Source: a virus
Taxonomy: Duplodnaviria > Caudoviricetes
Reading direction: 5' to 3' (one strand)
Length of the DNA: 64,000 bases
Virus record (IMG/VR): IMGVR_UViG_3300031994_000022
The position numbers were made by a program, and so were the translations under genes. Shown here piece by piece: positions 61,305 to 64,000 of this stretch; the stretch's first letter is position 1, and each line of letters opens with the position of its first letter. Below the pieces are notes generated by a model, which saw only the letters and a program-made list of their open reading frames with translations, searched no databases and was not told where the DNA came from.

Positions 61305-62192
61305 TTAAATTCCTCCTTTTACCTTGAAGTATCCTATAGTTTCCTGAAGATCATTAATATTATTACCGCCGTAGTATACTCGCGGATTAACTAAATACAT
61401 TCTTACGGACTTTTTGTCAGTAACCATAAGAATAGCTTTTTCACCTCCAACGGTTATTTCAAATAGTTCGTTTAATGTTCTATTACCATTTCTATTACTT
61501 ATATCTAATATTTCTTCCATTTGACCTGTATTAGGTAGTGATAATTTACTAATATCTTTTTCTTTTGTATTAAAGCAAATAATATTATGCCAAATATTAA
61601 TATAGGGTAGTAGTAATATAAATTTTCCTAATAATTTATGTTCTCTGGAATCATTTGATCTTTCATAAAGGTCTTGAATACTGTTATTAAATATACGGGT
61701 ACATTGTTGTTTATATCTTTTATCTTTAATAATATCTCCTCTATAACAGTACTCAGTATTGATTAATAAATATCCATCTTTGTCGGCGTATATTAATTCT
61801 TTTTCAAATAATACCTTTTTAATCTTAGTCATCGTATTTCTGCTGACATTAAAAATATCTATTAAGAAATCAACTTTTATTTTTTTTCCTTTGTATATTA
61901 TGTATCCTGTATCATATTCCATAAATGTACAAAGATATATAAACCGAAAAGCAGTAGCAGTATCATTATTGATCTTATCTAACAAAGCCTGATACCTTGT
62001 ATGAATAAAATTACCATATTCTTCCTGTAATAAAGTCGGTAACGGAAGAATATTATTATTATAATAACCTAATCCTTTTATTTGTCTTCTATGTGATTCT
62101 TCTTTTTTCTGCATTTCTTCTGAAGATGTAAAATCTCCAGCTCCTAATTTCTCTCCGGTATCAAAATCAACCAAGTTTCTATAATAGCCCAT
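61305..62192 (-). CDS. RepL-like winged-helix replication/maintenance protein (tandem domains)
   Basis: VD..TGE N-terminus; two wHTH-like units ending IN....RG and YLVNPRVYYGG; likely ATG at 62192. Confidence 0.6.
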   Translation of the reverse strand: MGYYRNLVDFDTGEKLGAGDFTSSEEMQKKEESHRRQIKGLGYYNNNILPLPTLLQEEYGNFIHTRYQALLDKINNDTATAFRFIYLCTFMEYDTGYIIYKGKKIKVDFLIDIFNVSRNTMTKIKKVLFEKELIYADKDGYLLINTEYCYRGDIIKDKRYKQQCTRIFNNSIQDLYERSNDSREHKLLGKFILLLPYINIWHNIICFNTKEKDISKLSLPNTGQMEEILDISNRNGNRTLNELFEITVGGEKAILMVTDKKSVRMYLVNPRVYYGGNNINDLQETIGYFKVKGGI

Positions 62193-62230
62193 AAATAATC
62201 TCCTCTCTGTCAAGTAAAAATACTTTACAA

Positions 62231-62299
62231 ATGTTCGTCATTCTGTGTGCATGTTCGTCATTCTGTGTGCATTTAGACCCAAATCTTCGTCATTCTGTG
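62231..62299. repeat. Iteron-like direct repeats
   Basis: ATGTTCGTCATTCTGTGTGC x2 (62231-62270) plus TTCGTCATTCTGTG (62286-62299). Confidence 0.9.
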
Positions 62300-62407
62300 A
62301 CACGCCTTTTACCGATTTACCTATGTTTTTTGGGGGTGGTGCCTATATATGTATATGTCCAGCTTTAATTTCAGCCCTAACAAGCCCACAAACAATAACT
62401 CAACTAT

Positions 62408-62436
62408 ATATTAACACATAATACCTATAATGTCAA
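62408..62436 (-). promoter_or_regulatory. sigma-A-type promoter for the RepL-like/YonO operon
   Basis: TTGACA-N17-TAATAT on the minus strand. Confidence 0.6.
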
Positions 62437-62474
62437 ACAAAAAAAAGGGATAGATACTTCTACCCCCCTTGGTA

Positions 62475-62681
62475 TTACGCAGCTTCAAAGTATACCTCTA
62501 TATCATTATCTCGGTATATAATGATATCCTGACCAATAACACAATGATCTTTATCTAAAAACATTTCCGTATTCCCCGATATTATATTATAACTATCTTC
62601 TAATTCTACGACTTCGTCTATATCTAATACCTCGTAGCAAGTAAACCCCGGTATTGTAATACTAACAATACATCTATCCAT
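62475..62681 (-). CDS. Hypothetical protein
   Basis: 68-aa acidic ORF directly after the repressor; terminator-like hairpin downstream. Confidence 0.5.
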   Translation of the reverse strand: MDRCIVSITIPGFTCYEVLDIDEVVELEDSYNIISGNTEMFLDKDHCVIGQDIIIYRDNDIEVYFEAA

Positions 62682-62682
62682 A

Positions 62683-63285
62683 CTAATTAACCACCTTTCC
62701 TAATACTTTAAATTCATTTACATCTGATAAATGTATAGGGTAATATTTTTTATTTTCAGATATAAGCATATTTTTCCCCAATTTTTTACAATAACACTGT
62801 CCATCTACGTAGAAGATTCCGACATCTCCAATATTTAATTCCAACGTCTTCTGCACCCATACCAGATCATTGTCCTTGTATAACGGTTCCATACTGTCGC
62901 CATTTATATAAACCCCATAATCTGCTGTGATTGGTACTGAAAGAGGAACTGTCATCATTTCATATGTACTATCATCAACGTATTCTCCTACACCGGCAGA
63001 TACTCCCATTGTATACACCGGTAATTCACGGAACATTCTCGCATACATCACAAGACGATTTAAAGCAGTGTCTTGATCTAGGAATTCCTTATTGATATCT
63101 GGTATATGCAGAACCTCACATATTGTTAAGAACTGATATGCATTAGGTATGGTGAGATTCTTTTCCCAGGATGATATTCCTTTATTAGTAATAGGATACC
63201 CTTTAGCGGTTATCAACTCTGCGAGTGCGGTTTGTGATAGATTACGTTCTTTACGTAGTTGCTGCAGTTTATTACCCAAATCCAT
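62683..63285 (-). CDS. CI/LexA-type repressor (XRE HTH plus S24 peptidase)
   Basis: LR..R.LSQ..LA...IS.WE HTH; SAG.G cleavage site; GDSMEP (Ser) and CKK (Lys). Confidence 0.9.
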   Translation of the reverse strand: MDLGNKLQQLRKERNLSQTALAELITAKGYPITNKGISSWEKNLTIPNAYQFLTICEVLHIPDINKEFLDQDTALNRLVMYARMFRELPVYTMGVSAGVGEYVDDSTYEMMTVPLSVPITADYGVYINGDSMEPLYKDNDLVWVQKTLELNIGDVGIFYVDGQCYCKKLGKNMLISENKKYYPIHLSDVNEFKVLGKVVN

Positions 63286-63300
63286 TTTTTCACCTCCGAG

Positions 63301-63334
63301 TACAATTATATACCTTATATCCGATAATTGTAAA
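63301..63334 (-). promoter_or_regulatory. Repressor promoter with overlapping inverted repeat (putative operator)
   Basis: TTTACA-N18-TATAAT on the minus strand; TACAATTAT/ATAATTGTA inverted repeat at 63301-63332. Confidence 0.55.
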
Positions 63335-63471
63335 GAGATAAATTGTATTTTATTATGCGAAAAATCCTTGAACTAAAGATTTTTGTGTTGATAAGTTGTT
63401 GACAAAATCTTGATATAGGGGATAAACAGTAGACAATTAGTATGATATAATAGATTCAGGAGGTGTTGATA

Positions 63472-63645
63472 ATGAAAAATAAAATATGTCCAAGTTGTGG
63501 TCAATTATTATTGTTATTAAAATATCGTATAGGGGTAGGAACTTATAAATGTGATAAATGCAATATTTTTTATTTTAACGGTGATCAGAAGAAAAAAATA
63601 ATCATAAAAAATGGAATTATTTTTTATAATTTAAATAGGGAATAA
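63472..63645 (+). CDS. Small zinc-ribbon protein divergent from the repressor
   Basis: AGGAGG RBS; extended -10 TGATATAAT at 63443-63451; CPSC...CDKC. Confidence 0.5.
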   Translation: MKNKICPSCGQLLLLLKYRIGVGTYKCDKCNIFYFNGDQKKKIIIKNGIIFYNLNRE

Positions 63646-64000
63646 TTACGATTTCATATGCGACTTATAAAAAATATAAAAAATATAGATAAGACCTTGT
63701 TATTGGGTCTTATTTTTATTGCTGATTTTTCATGGAAGTGTGTGGATAAATCTGCAAGCCTGGTTTAGCCTGCTGCTGACCGGGTTTTTGTGAAAAATAC
63801 CCCTATAAGTACCTAAAATAGTTATTTTACGTATTTTTAAAAATCGCATAAAAGTGTGAGATAATATAATTGAGCAAAGCAAAAAATGCTTATCGCACTT
63901 TGAAAATTCTATAACAACTGACGAAATCGCTCCCATAGTGTCAATCAAGAGGTTGTAGCACCGCAAGGTGTAGCACCTAAAAAGGGCTTGGGTAACGACC

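Noticed and set aside
62231-62299. CRISPR repeats
   Set aside because: The first two repeats abut with no spacer; this fits protein-binding direct repeats.
63730-63990. 78-aa ORF and short GTGTAGCACC-type repeat near the window end
   Set aside because: No RBS or motif; the repeat (TGTAGCACC x2) is short and lacks context at the window edge.
1-64000. Alternative genetic code or stop-codon reassignment
   Set aside because: Long genes read through intact under the standard code, and TAA, TAG and TGA all terminate real genes.

Overview
A 64-kb segment of a large SPbeta-like tailed phage, probably temperate. The host is a low-GC Firmicute, with Lachnospiraceae/Clostridia inferred from the cell-wall-binding repeats. 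Almost all genes lie on the minus strand. Read right to left: CI/LexA-type repressor, RepL-like protein with upstream direct repeats, YonO-type single-subunit RNA polymerase, HU-like protein, YonK-like protein, metallophosphoesterase, amidase endolysin, two atypical tRNA-like genes, terminase, portal, a ~1.85-kb ORF-free structured-RNA cluster, protease/scaffold, capsid and neck/tail genes. These are followed by cysteine desulfurase, tyrosine recombinase, a free-standing endonuclease, holin, RuvC, a six-gene Cys/Gln/Gly-rich cassette, tape measure, Dit, Tal, BppU and a chain of fibre proteins. Two group I introns can be resolved to the nucleotide from base-pairing alone. One (40868-42209) carries a LAGLIDADG ORF in a neck gene. 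The other (21857-22938) splits the tape-measure gene and carries a separately promoted ANTISENSE zinc-ribbon gene instead of an endonuclease. The best candidates for undescribed biology are: the RNA cluster between portal and scaffold (duplicated cores with covarying or wobble-preserved helices and a pseudoknot), the intron-borne antisense moron, the six-gene cassette, SD-complementary three-way-junction leaders on both endonucleases, and matching N-/C-terminal docking motifs along the fibre genes. All protein family calls come from motif recognition and synteny; no database search was run.
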